64,000 nucleotides of DNA, taken from an uncultured delta proteobacterium. GTDB lineage: Bacteria > Desulfobacterota > Binatia > Binatales > Binataceae. Shown here one piece after another: positions 21,011 through 30,398 of this stretch. Each line of letters starts with the position of its first letter. Within the stretch, counting starts at the first letter, position 1. The stretch lies in contig CAVXXK010000004.1 in assembly GCA_963765675.1 (NCBI GenBank), positions 96,001-160,000 on the forward strand, read 5' to 3'. The position numbers were made by a program, and so were the translations under genes. The notes under the pieces are model-generated. The model saw nothing but the letters and a program-made list of their open reading frames with translations. It was not told the DNA's origin and did not search any database.

Positions 21011-23698
21011 CTACTGCCCGATCGCGGTGACGTTGCAGGTCTCCGCCATCATCGAGGCGTTCGCCGGCAGCGTCAGCACCGACGCTGTCGCCGTCGGATT
21101 GTAGCTCCCGCAACTCGCGAGCAGATTGGGTGCCGCAGAAAACGCGGTCGGAAACGTGAAGGTCTGTGCGCTGCCGGTCTCCTGGTATGCATTCAAATAG
21201 CAAGTCGCCGTCTTGAGCGTCCCCTGCATCGACATCGAGCAGGACGCCGTGCCGGAAGTGCCTGACAGCGAGGTCAAGGTCGGCGCGGAATTGAATACTG
21301 TCGCCTGATTCGGCTCCGTCGAGACGATCGGCGGAACGCTCTGGCCGGCTACTGTGCAGTTGATGCAGTTGAACTCGGGGATCGCACCTCCGTTCACAGA
21401 TTCAATCGGAATAAGACCCGGCGTTGCCGGAAGCGTGCCACGAGAGTTTCCATGGTTGCTCAGCGGCTGACCAAACTGCGAAGTGATGAACGTGGACCCG
21501 TTAGCTTGAGGATTAGTCAATGCGATATTGAAGCTGGTGGTCGTCGAGTCCGGCTCAAAGAACATGTTCAGATAAGTCGCGGCACCGCCATTGGCTATGA
21601 TCGCTCCCCACGGTCCGCTTCCGGAAGCGACTCGCCAATCGGATATGTTCATTAGGCCATAATACGGAGTAGCATATAGGAACATCTGCGCTGATTCTTC
21701 CTGGCCACCTTCTGTCTTTCCATAGGTTCCAATTGAGCCGATCTTATAGAGTATCCCTGGGGCTTCGGCGCTGGTATTCATCATTACGAACGAGCCGATA
21801 TTGTCGAAGTCAAAGCAATAGTCTCGTAAGAGGCACCCCGTGTTGTAAAAAACCTCATTGTAGGTTTCTTGCGAATTGGAATAGACACAGATCTGGCCAC
21901 CGATGCCGTTGGGCGCCGAGCATTGAAGGTCGTCGAAGATCGCGTTTTCGTCGTTAGACAGTCCGCCCAGATTCACACAGGTGCCGACCTCCCCACATTC
22001 CACGTGACGGACTCTGAGCGCGGTGGGCGTTGTCGGAACCGTCGCATTGCTGGCCGGAGCCCCCGGACCGGCATTCGACTGCGATGGGCTACTGGTCGGA
22101 TAGTTATTCTCATCGATCATGGTTCCCGGAGTGTTGCCTACTTGTCCCTCGACCCCGAGATTCTCGATCGTCGTATTGGCGGCATAGTTCATATTGAACA
22201 TGAGGCCGCCCGGAGGTCCGTCCCACCTGAGCTGCGTGTTTGAAACCCCTCCGTTCGGAGCGCGCGACGCACCGGTAATTCCGGCCTGTGCGGTTCCCCA
22301 AAAACTCACTGCCTGCGACATATCGTAGTGCGTCGCGCACGCCGGTAGATAAACCTGACTGTAGTTCGGGGCCGTCCCGGTAAACAGATACGATGCGTTC
22401 ACTGCGGCTTGTATCGCCGGTGAATTGTCATGTCGCATCGTCGTCCCACCGGAGATGGTCTGCGATGGCGCTACCGACAACGTAACATTGCTCCCGCTGA
22501 TCGCCGTGATCTTCGCATCGAGGTCTGACGCTACCGCGCTGGTGCTGGCCTGCTCATCGATCCCATATGGAAACCCATTGTCCCGGTATTGGTAGCTAGT
22601 ATACGGTGCGCGCGTTTGATTGAGCCCGACGATCGCATAGATACTCGATGGAGTGCAGGAAGCGCCGGTACAGCGCCGGATAATCGTCCCGGCCGTGTTC
22701 GCGTCGACCGACCAGGTCACGATGATGCCCGTCATCACCGAGAGCGTTGCCGGCCCGGTCGAGTCGCAAACCGGCGCACTCGCCGCCGAGCGCATTCCAT
22801 TTAAGCCCGAGCCGATCCCCGTCTGACCGATATTCTGAACGCTGTAGCAATAAGTTGTTGAACACGACGGGTTCGAGTTGTTCGGCGTCCCGTCATCGGT
22901 CATGCAGTTGCCGTTCGCTGTGACGGTCGAGCCGGGGATCGGATAATCGGCCTGGACGTACGGAAAAAAGTTGTAGATATAACCGTCATCAGTGACGCTC
23001 GAAATGGTCGGAGTTGTGATAGTGTTCGATGCTCCCGCGGCGTCGAGTTTGACGTACTGGCCGACCTTGAAATCGCTCGATCCGATCCCGCCGCAAACGA
23101 CCGTAGTGGAGCTGGCCGTCGTCGTGCAGCTTACCGTCGAGTCCGAGCAGACCACGCCGTATGCCGGATTAGTCAGATCGAGAACGCCCGCGATATTGAA
23201 TCCGTTGAGCGCCGCCGGCGTGCCGGTTCCGCTCGCAGCATTGACGCCGCTGGTGATTACCGGAGTCTTTCCACCTTCGACTGTGTTGACCGTGCTCGCG
23301 CTCGAGACTCCCGTCACGTCGCCGCCCATCGAAAGACTGCTCGCGCTGGAGGCGCAACTCCACCCGCCGTTCTGGCCCAAAGCCCATGCGCCCGAACCAC
23401 CGCCGGTGCAAGGACTGACCTTCTGGCAATCGACACAGTAAAACATCGTGCCGTCCTGCTCCGCAGGCAGATTCGCAAAACTCAGACTCACGAAGCTGGG
23501 TGAGATCGGCTGTGCACCCGAGAATCGATCGTTGATCGCCTCGCGAAACAACAGCCCCGCATTGGTGCCCGAGAAGTCCGGGATCGGCTGATAAGCGCCC
23601 GACGGCGGAAGATTCTGCGCCACTGTGCCCGCGGGAGCGGCTGCGATCGCCAAACCGAATATCATCGTGGCCGCCAACGCACGAAGTATCTGCTTCAT
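21011..23698 (-). CDS. Large Cys-rich tailspike-like protein with signal peptide
   Basis: Last gene of the tail operon; MKQILRALAATMIFGLAIAAA signal; HDNSPAIQAAVN..VYLPA beta-helix-cap-like motif. Confidence 0.6.
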   Translation of the reverse strand: MKQILRALAATMIFGLAIAAAPAGTVAQNLPPSGAYQPIPDFSGTNAGLLFREAINDRFSGAQPISPSFVSLSFANLPAEQDGTMFYCVDCQKVSPCTGGGSGAWALGQNGGWSCASSASSLSMGGDVTGVSSASTVNTVEGGKTPVITSGVNAASGTGTPAALNGFNIAGVLDLTNPAYGVVCSDSTVSCTTTASSTTVVCGGIGSSDFKVGQYVKLDAAGASNTITTPTISSVTDDGYIYNFFPYVQADYPIPGSTVTANGNCMTDDGTPNNSNPSCSTTYCYSVQNIGQTGIGSGLNGMRSAASAPVCDSTGPATLSVMTGIIVTWSVDANTAGTIIRRCTGASCTPSSIYAIVGLNQTRAPYTSYQYRDNGFPYGIDEQASTSAVASDLDAKITAISGSNVTLSVAPSQTISGGTTMRHDNSPAIQAAVNASYLFTGTAPNYSQVYLPACATHYDMSQAVSFWGTAQAGITGASRAPNGGVSNTQLRWDGPPGGLMFNMNYAANTTIENLGVEGQVGNTPGTMIDENNYPTSSPSQSNAGPGAPASNATVPTTPTALRVRHVECGEVGTCVNLGGLSNDENAIFDDLQCSAPNGIGGQICVYSNSQETYNEVFYNTGCLLRDYCFDFDNIGSFVMMNTSAEAPGILYKIGSIGTYGKTEGGQEESAQMFLYATPYYGLMNISDWRVASGSGPWGAIIANGGAATYLNMFFEPDSTTTSFNIALTNPQANGSTFITSQFGQPLSNHGNSRGTLPATPGLIPIESVNGGAIPEFNCINCTVAGQSVPPIVSTEPNQATVFNSAPTLTSLSGTSGTASCSMSMQGTLKTATCYLNAYQETGSAQTFTFPTAFSAAPNLLASCGSYNPTATASVLTLPANASMMAETCNVTAIGQ

Positions 23699-23714
23699 CA
23701 GTATTCTCACTTGC

Positions 23715-24284
23715 TCAGAACCCTATCGCCAGCCACGAAAAGCCATTGCTCCGTTCGCCGGTGGGGCCAAGCGAAGTGCCGCCCGGAACATCCAGCACGA
23801 AGGTGGCTCCGGTGCGGCTGTATGTCACGACGCTGGCCACCGTGTTGAACCCGCTGGTGCTCGCGTAGACGTTGGTCGCGAGCGGCGGGAGCAATATCGC
23901 ATTGGGAAAGGTTATCGGCCAGGTGACGTTGAACTCTTCGTCGTTTGGAATCTTTTGATCGCTCAGCGGGAAATATCCCCACTGAATAAGCGCCGCGACC
24001 GCGCCCCGGCTGATATCCGTGATCGGGATCGTCAGATAGCCATTGGCCCGAAGAGAACCCGTGAAGCCAGCCATGAACGACTGCAGAATCCCGATGTTCG
24101 CAATGTTGGTGTTCTGGCGTCCGTACAGATAGGCAGTCCGGTTCGCCAGCTGCTGATGAGGCTGATTACTCAGTCCAATTCCGCTGAAGCTGGCGCCTGA
24201 AGCGGCGCCTTCAACTGAATCCGTCGCCTGGATTTCGTAAATTTCATTAGCGGTAAATTCCGGACTGTCTATTAGCGTGGCCAT
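23715..24284 (-). CDS. Short tail fibre/adaptor protein
   Basis: N-terminal SNQPHQQLANRTAYL; C-terminal IQWG..VTWPITFPNA fibre-tip-like motif. Confidence 0.7.
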   Translation of the reverse strand: MATLIDSPEFTANEIYEIQATDSVEGAASGASFSGIGLSNQPHQQLANRTAYLYGRQNTNIANIGILQSFMAGFTGSLRANGYLTIPITDISRGAVAALIQWGYFPLSDQKIPNDEEFNVTWPITFPNAILLPPLATNVYASTSGFNTVASVVTYSRTGATFVLDVPGGTSLGPTGERSNGFSWLAIGF

Positions 24285-24360
24285 GTATGTCCTCTTGTCG
24301 TGACGCCCGCTCTTCCACTGCGCCGGGATCGCGCATCGTTCGAATCTTTCGCCGAACTCC

Positions 24361-24837
24361 TCAGAAAGTCAGTGTCCAGGTTCCCGCAAGCGACATCCCG
24401 GCGGTGAATACTATCGGGCTCAGAGTTTTGCGCGCGAGAATCGGCGTGGGCGCGTTGCCCCCCGGAACTCCAACTCCGGTATGATTCGCGAACAGTGCGA
24501 TCTCCTGGATCGTGATCCCCTGCGCGCCGGTATCCGCCGTAGTCAGGCTCCAGTTAAACGTGACGCTTCCGTTACCGTCCTCCGAATGAGCGTCGACCGG
24601 TTTGTAATACGCCGGTGCGGTAAGTCCGAGATCATTCACCGTTGGCGCATTCGAGCCCGTGCCGAAACCCACCACCGAGCAGAACTCGCCGGTCGTGTCC
24701 CCGCCGAGCAGCGCCGCCAAAGCAGGCAGTCCGGCGTTCACGAACAGGTTTCGCCCCTGATCCTGGTAAATCAATTCGCCGCGCCCGAACACCCGCACCA
24801 TCACCGTTCCGCAAGGCCTATTCATTTCAACCTCCAT
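24361..24837 (-). CDS. Phage baseplate/tail-collar-like protein
   Basis: NLFVNAG..GFGTG..IQEIALF..ARKT pattern; position after tail protein I. Confidence 0.65.
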   Translation of the reverse strand: MEVEMNRPCGTVMVRVFGRGELIYQDQGRNLFVNAGLPALAALLGGDTTGEFCSVVGFGTGSNAPTVNDLGLTAPAYYKPVDAHSEDGNGSVTFNWSLTTADTGAQGITIQEIALFANHTGVGVPGGNAPTPILARKTLSPIVFTAGMSLAGTWTLTF

Positions 24838-25693
24838 TGAGCGTTGCGACGCCGTTTACGATTAGCGCGGGATCAGCGACAACCGGTTCATTCGCGCCGT
24901 AGGTGATTCCGCTATGCACGTAGTGTGCGTTGTATATTGGCGCGATCGGACCGTAGCCGTCAGTGTAGGACGGCGTGGTGATCGCGACGAAAAGTTGCGC
25001 GTCGGACGGCTGCGGTGCCGCGTCGATTTGATATTCGGCGATACCGCCAAGGGTAATGCTGTCATCCGGCGTCGGCGCGGCGTCTCGAACCGGCGCGATT
25101 ACAAACCACAGCGAATCCAGCCACGCGCGCGCGGGCTGAAAAAAATTGATCGCCGCAATTGCGCTTTGCGCCGAACCCGCGGGCACCGGCGCGTCCGTGC
25201 CAAGACTTATCAGAACCCGGAATACCGCCCATCCCTCGGAACTCGGATATGCGGTTCCGCCCCAGCTCGCCTCACCTTCTTGAATTATTACATCGGTCCA
25301 TCCAAGTGACGACAACGCCTGCTTGATCGCCGCCGGTGTTCCACGCTCGCGATGCAGCGCGATAGCTAGCTTCAACAGTTCGCGTTCCGTCGCCGCATTC
25401 GGTGCGACTTCGCCGGCCGCCGAGTCAGGACCGGACAGCGTATCGATATCGGTAAGCGAATCGATATCGGTCAGCGTATCTATACTCAGTCCGACCGGAG
25501 CTGCGAGCTGCCATAGCGGCGACAGAATATCGAACTGCCACGCAAGAAAGACCAGCGCGCCGTCCACTACCGAATCGATTCGATAGATCAACAGCGGCGT
25601 CAGATCGAGCGCCGACAGACGCTCAATCAGCACGAGCAATGCCTGAGTCCGAGTGTCGTTGATCGACGGTGATGCGGATAACTCAGCCATCAT
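24827..25693 (-). CDS. Phage tail protein I (P2 gpI-like)
   Basis: FLAWQFDI..RELLKLAIALHRERGTPAAIKQAL..PARAWL; follows baseplate J. Confidence 0.8.
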   Translation of the reverse strand: MMAELSASPSINDTRTQALLVLIERLSALDLTPLLIYRIDSVVDGALVFLAWQFDILSPLWQLAAPVGLSIDTLTDIDSLTDIDTLSGPDSAAGEVAPNAATERELLKLAIALHRERGTPAAIKQALSSLGWTDVIIQEGEASWGGTAYPSSEGWAVFRVLISLGTDAPVPAGSAQSAIAAINFFQPARAWLDSLWFVIAPVRDAAPTPDDSITLGGIAEYQIDAAPQPSDAQLFVAITTPSYTDGYGPIAPIYNAHYVHSGITYGANEPVVADPALIVNGVATLNGG

Positions 25694-25837
25694 GCGCTCC
25701 GGATAAAGAGGAACACCAGGACATAAGGGAAGCCAAAGACATTAAGACACCAGACGAATGGATCATAGCCGCGCGCCGCGCGCCCCTGTGATCCTTTTCT
25801 TGGCGCGCTCGTGCCTTCATGTTTTGGATCACTTCCC

Positions 25838-27007
25838 TCACGAATGTTCAGTCGATGTGGCGGACGTCAACGATATTGCGGTGCAGTTCGCCCATTGTCC
25901 CGCTGCTAACTGAGTATATGCAGGCTCTGTGAGCGTAATTTCGTAAACGCCCGCTACCGAAAGCGCCGCGACCACCTGGCTCGGCACGATATCGCGCTGA
26001 ATCTTCGCGGCGAGTCCCAGCGCGTATTGCACCGCGGCGTTGTTCACGGCGGTCATGGTCGTATTCGGATCAGCGTCCGAGTACAGCGTCACAGTCGCGG
26101 TAATCTGGTAATCGATTTCGGTTACCGCGAGCACGTTGACCGTGTCAGTCAACGGACGTACCGCATCGGCGCTGAGTGTGGCGGAAACCTTCTCGAGCAG
26201 CGGCGCTCCCGCAACTCCGGCAGCGTTTGGCGCGCTTTGCGGCTGGACGGTTATCGGCCCGGTGAGGATATATACATTGACCTGCCCCGGCGCCGGACTG
26301 ATCACCAACGCGTCGACGATTGACGGATCGACTCCCAATGCAAAAAATCTGTACGCTCCTGCTGGACCTGCCACGCTGAACTGGTTCGGCGCCGCCTGGA
26401 TACGCGAGCGCAGATGGTCATCGGTTTCCGGCGACGAGCCGCCCGCGGTGACTGTGGTATTGCTGACACTTGCAATTGTCGCGCTCGGACTGAGTAGTGC
26501 GTTGACTTGACCCACCAGGTAGCCATTCGCGCCCGATCCCGGTTGGACCGCCGACGCGCCCACCGTGCCCGAAAGCGCGCCCGCGGGAATAACCAGCGCC
26601 GCGGTTGTCGCGAATGAGTATTGCCCATCGCTGGTACCGGCGAGCGTACCCTCGGCGATCGTGATCGCGACCGTCAGCACGCTTGAGAGCGTGAATTCGA
26701 GCGTCGTTGTCGCGCTCTGGGCGGCAAGCCGGGCCACACCCACGAGCTGGCCCAAATAGTCGATCATCGGAAATATCGCGAAGGCAAGAAGGTTTTGTTG
26801 CGCGGCGTACTGAATTGCGTTGCGGACCAGGGATTCGCGGTACGCATAGAGGTTGATCAGAAGACGCTCAACCTGGGCGGGCTGCAAAGTGCGGTCGGCG
26901 GCCGCCTCAAACTCCGCGATCATATCGGCAAGCACGAGATTCGGATCGAGCCCGTCCGAATCATCGACGAATACCGGGGGCGGAAGCGACGGGATTCCTG
27001 CTGCCAT
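25838..27007 (-). CDS. Baseplate J/gp47 family protein
   Basis: AYRE, GGSSPETDDHLRSRI, FSVAGPAGAYRF and VRPLTDTV motifs. Confidence 0.9.
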   Translation of the reverse strand: MAAGIPSLPPPVFVDDSDGLDPNLVLADMIAEFEAAADRTLQPAQVERLLINLYAYRESLVRNAIQYAAQQNLLAFAIFPMIDYLGQLVGVARLAAQSATTTLEFTLSSVLTVAITIAEGTLAGTSDGQYSFATTAALVIPAGALSGTVGASAVQPGSGANGYLVGQVNALLSPSATIASVSNTTVTAGGSSPETDDHLRSRIQAAPNQFSVAGPAGAYRFFALGVDPSIVDALVISPAPGQVNVYILTGPITVQPQSAPNAAGVAGAPLLEKVSATLSADAVRPLTDTVNVLAVTEIDYQITATVTLYSDADPNTTMTAVNNAAVQYALGLAAKIQRDIVPSQVVAALSVAGVYEITLTEPAYTQLAAGQWANCTAISLTSATSTEHS

Positions 27008-27026
27008 CAGTATATATCCTTGCCGT

Positions 27027-27455
27027 TCACTGCGCCGACGCGCCAAGCGAGACGGTAGTGGTCGTAGTAGTGTTTGATCCTGTGCTGGGCGCCCCGGACA
27101 GGTTGAGTTGCCACGTGACGCTCACTTCCAAATGCGCCCCCGACTGAGTAGTCGTATCGAGCACTGGAACCGCGGTGACATTTACCAGCGTGATGCGCGG
27201 TTCCCACAGGCTCAGCGCGGCGGTCACCTCTCGAACGATCGCGGGCAGCGACTGGGACATCGGATGATCGATGTAGCGCCAGATATCGCAGCCGAATGTG
27301 GGTCGCAGCGGATCGCTGCCGAGCGGCGTGGTGAGGATGATGGCAACGCACTGGTCGACATCGGCGACGCCTTGCACCACTTGCCCGATCGCGCCGAGCT
27401 TGAGCGACCAATCCGCCGACGTGATATCGGCGAGTGTGACTGCGCCCGCGCTCAT
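27027..27455 (-). CDS. Baseplate wedge GpW/gp25 family
   Basis: IILTTPLGSDPLRPTFG and WEPRI motifs. Confidence 0.9.
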   Translation of the reverse strand: MSAGAVTLADITSADWSLKLGAIGQVVQGVADVDQCVAIILTTPLGSDPLRPTFGCDIWRYIDHPMSQSLPAIVREVTAALSLWEPRITLVNVTAVPVLDTTTQSGAHLEVSVTWQLNLSGAPSTGSNTTTTTTVSLGASAQ

Positions 27456-27456
27456 C

Positions 27457-28083
27457 CTACTCCGCCTCCACGATCAGGCTCGCGCTGGTGATCGACCCAA
27501 GCCCCGCGGGACAAGTTACCTGGTCGCCCAGGCGCGCGACGCCTTTCAACTGCCCTGCTCCGAGGCGAATCTGCGCCAGCGAGGTTAACTGCGCGTTCCC
27601 CTCCGCGTCGATCGCGATCGAGGCGGCGCCCGCGCCGATCGTCAAGGTGGCGCCGGTCGGCAACGCAATCGTGAGCGCGTGCGCGCCGCCGTCGTACTTG
27701 ATCGATGCACCGTCGCCAAACTGAAGACTCAGTACGTGCGCCGCGCGATCGTACTCAAACGAGGCGCCGTCCTTAAACCCGAGATGCCACTTGTCGGCGC
27801 TGCTGACTGGCGTCGTGTCGGCCGATGAATAGATCGCGCCGAGGACCGCGCCCGCCTCGTCGTGCGCGTCCATCAGGCAGACAACTTGCTCGCCGAGGTC
27901 TGGAATCCAGTAAGCCTTGTCGTTCTGACTCTTGGGCACGACGATTGGCAGCCACCAACTCCGCATCTGATCATAGTCGGCGAACGTGACCCGCACGCGA
28001 GCGAGCGCCGTGTCCTGCTCCTGCACAATCCCGACCCGGAACAAACCGGGTGCCGTCGCGCGGCGATCCTCATGATGCAACAT
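27457..28083 (-). CDS. Baseplate assembly protein V (central spike)
   Basis: RVRVTF..SWWL..WIPDLGEQV..GAVLGAIYS..FKDG..YD; C-terminal VARLGD. Confidence 0.9.
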   Translation of the reverse strand: MLHHEDRRATAPGLFRVGIVQEQDTALARVRVTFADYDQMRSWWLPIVVPKSQNDKAYWIPDLGEQVVCLMDAHDEAGAVLGAIYSSADTTPVSSADKWHLGFKDGASFEYDRAAHVLSLQFGDGASIKYDGGAHALTIALPTGATLTIGAGAASIAIDAEGNAQLTSLAQIRLGAGQLKGVARLGDQVTCPAGLGSITSASLIVEAE

Positions 28084-28091
28084 CGCCTACC

Positions 28092-29099
28092 TCACACGCT
28101 GCGCAGCGCTTCGAGTTCGGTCGTGTAGCCTCGCTCGCGACTGATCAAATGCCGCGCGGTTTCGATCAGATAAATCCCGTCGAGCATTCCCCATCCTGAA
28201 AGCAGCACGTTGCATCCCGCTGAGAGCGCAGGATTCCCGGGACCGGCCAGCCGCGCGCTGAAGAACGACTGGTTATTGCGATTCAGCGCGGCGCTCGCGC
28301 GCAGTCCCGCCTGCGCCGCATTCTCGCATCGCGCGATTATCTTGAGCGTGTCGCCGGTCGGCGCTGCGGTAACTGCCGATGCGCTCTGCGCGATGAGTTG
28401 TTTGCCGGAGGGATCGAAATATGCTGCTGACGCCGCCGAATATATTCGCCGAGTGCGGTTGCGAAACTCGAAGCGCTCGAGGCCGCTGCGTACGATCGTC
28501 GCGATCGGCAGCGACGCCTGCAGTATTGCGTGCGCGTAAAATACCATTTGCGATCCGCGAATCGTGAAGTCGTAGCCAAATTCGTCTGCAAGCCGCCACA
28601 GGAATTCGAGATCGGTTTCGTCGCGTTGGGTCACGCGCGCGAATGCTACGTCCTCGACCTCGGGCGCGCTCACCAACCCAAGTCCATACTTGCCCGCGAT
28701 CGTCGCGGCGATCGCGAGCAGCGTCTGCCCCTCGTACGCGGCACTGTTGCGCGTGCGCATCGCGGGAGTCACATACGCCGCCAGGCATCGCAGCCGAAAT
28801 ACGTCGGGCGGCCCCGACAATTGCAGATCATCGACCTGAAACGCTCCGCACTCGAGGAGCTGACCGCCACTGTATCCGAGCAAGGCCTCGATACCGTCGC
28901 CGAGCGCCGGATACCACGGCCCCTGCCAGCGCTGCGCGTGATCTTCCACCTCAACGCACAGTTCGCCGGACCTCGCGCCGAGCCGATCGACATAACTGAT
29001 CGCTCGCACCATCGCGGAAATCTCACCCGAGATATTCACTCCCGCGTAATTGAGTATCCACTGAGGCGAACGGACTGAGTATGAAATAGCTGCGCTCAT
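28092..29099 (-). CDS. Late control D-like baseplate hub
   Basis: YVDR, GAFQVD, QRDETDLEFL and GYTTELE motifs; position. Confidence 0.85.
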   Translation of the reverse strand: MSAAISYSVRSPQWILNYAGVNISGEISAMVRAISYVDRLGARSGELCVEVEDHAQRWQGPWYPALGDGIEALLGYSGGQLLECGAFQVDDLQLSGPPDVFRLRCLAAYVTPAMRTRNSAAYEGQTLLAIAATIAGKYGLGLVSAPEVEDVAFARVTQRDETDLEFLWRLADEFGYDFTIRGSQMVFYAHAILQASLPIATIVRSGLERFEFRNRTRRIYSAASAAYFDPSGKQLIAQSASAVTAAPTGDTLKIIARCENAAQAGLRASAALNRNNQSFFSARLAGPGNPALSAGCNVLLSGWGMLDGIYLIETARHLISRERGYTTELEALRSV

Positions 29100-29350
29100 G
29101 ACATGGTACCCGCCGCGCTCGAGGACGACGCGGTCTTCCATGGCGGCAGATCAGTGTTGTGCGAGTTGCTCGCACTTAGAACTGGAACCTGGATCACTAT
29201 TCCGGCCTCGAACACCGGTTCAATCGCCACCAGCGGATTAGCCATGATGATCGGATTGAAGCGCGTCGCGTCGCCATAAAACCTCCACGCGAGCAGGTCC
29301 CAGCGTTCGCCCGCGCGCGTGACATGCGCGATATACTGCGTCGCCGTCAT
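29096..29350 (-). CDS. Tail protein X (LysM-like)
   Basis: GERWDLLAWRFYG..IIMANP..LPPWK. Confidence 0.88.
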   Translation of the reverse strand: MTATQYIAHVTRAGERWDLLAWRFYGDATRFNPIIMANPLVAIEPVFEAGIVIQVPVLSASNSHNTDLPPWKTASSSSAAGTMS

Positions 29351-29386
29351 CGCGCCACGCTCCGCGTGATTGCCGCGGTCGAGATG

Positions 29387-29935
29387 TCACCCGGCTGCTG
29401 GATCGGAGGTGGCCGGCGCCGAAGGCGGCGGATTTCCGAGCAGAGCGCTAAGCCCGATCGGTGATAGCGACGCGGCTGGCGCGCTCGCGGTGCTTGAGCT
29501 GGATAGGAGGCCCAGCGGCGCGAAGTTGAGCAGGCCTGCAGCTCCTGGATCGAGCAGCGAATCGAGCGGCCACTGCTTGAGCCCGAGCCGCAGGCGAAGC
29601 GCGATCGGAGCGCCGCCTGCGTCGAGCTGCGCCGCGCGCGTCGTGATCGTCTCGATCACAAAGTAGCCGCGCAGAGTTCCGTTGCCGAGCACCAGCGGCA
29701 TCGCCTGATGAGTCTCGGCGGCAGCGCGCAGGGCAACCGCCTGAAGTTCGGGATTTGCGAGTGAGGCGTGCAGCAACAGGTCGAACGACAGCCGCTCGAG
29801 GCTGTCTCCCGTCCACTGGAGCCGCGGCTGCGCTTCGATTACCCGCTGCTCGGCGTAAACATAGCCGCGCTCGGACTCGATCCCCTCCGGCGAGCCGACC
29901 ACCTCAAACTGGATTGTGCCGAGTTCAGCAAACAC
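29387..29935 (-). CDS. Phage tail protein, P2 GpU-like
   Basis: MFAELGTIQF..PRLQWTG..LVLGNG..GYFVI; GTG start behind GGAG. Confidence 0.85.
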   Translation of the reverse strand: MFAELGTIQFEVVGSPEGIESERGYVYAEQRVIEAQPRLQWTGDSLERLSFDLLLHASLANPELQAVALRAAAETHQAMPLVLGNGTLRGYFVIETITTRAAQLDAGGAPIALRLRLGLKQWPLDSLLDPGAAGLLNFAPLGLLSSSSTASAPAASLSPIGLSALLGNPPPSAPATSDPAAG

Positions 29936-29967
29936 TGTACTTTCTCCGAATAGCCACAATGCACTCG

Positions 29968-30258
29968 TCAGTCGGCGCGCGCGGCCGCTCCGCCGCCCTG
30001 ATTGTCGCGCCGGACCGAGGTGGCCGCTTCCACCCGCATCGGACGGCCCGCGAGCTCGGCGCCGTTGAGATCTTCAATCGCCGCCGCGGCGTCCTCGACC
30101 CGCGCCATTTCGACGAAACCGAATCCCCGCGAGCGCCCGTCGAAACGATCGCGCACGACCTCCGCGCGCTCGACGATACCTACTTTCGCGAACGCTTCGC
30201 GCAGCTCGTCGTCGCTCAGCCGAAAACTCAGATTGCCAACAAATAATCGCCCACTCAT
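29968..30258 (-). CDS. RRM (RNP-1) RNA-binding protein
   Basis: RNP2 LFVGNL and RNP1 RGFGFVEM; AAAGGA RBS. Confidence 0.93.
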   Translation of the reverse strand: MSGRLFVGNLSFRLSDDELREAFAKVGIVERAEVVRDRFDGRSRGFGFVEMARVEDAAAAIEDLNGAELAGRPMRVEAATSVRRDNQGGGAAARAD

Positions 30259-30398
30259 CTGGCTACGTCCTTTTTCGATTCGCGGTCATTCTACGTCCAG
30301 TTCCGCCTCCCCTCCGCCGCCGGCGATTGCGCGCCGATAATCGCGGACCGCGCGGGTCCAGTATTCGAGTTCCGCAAAATCCATCGCCCGCAGTTCGG

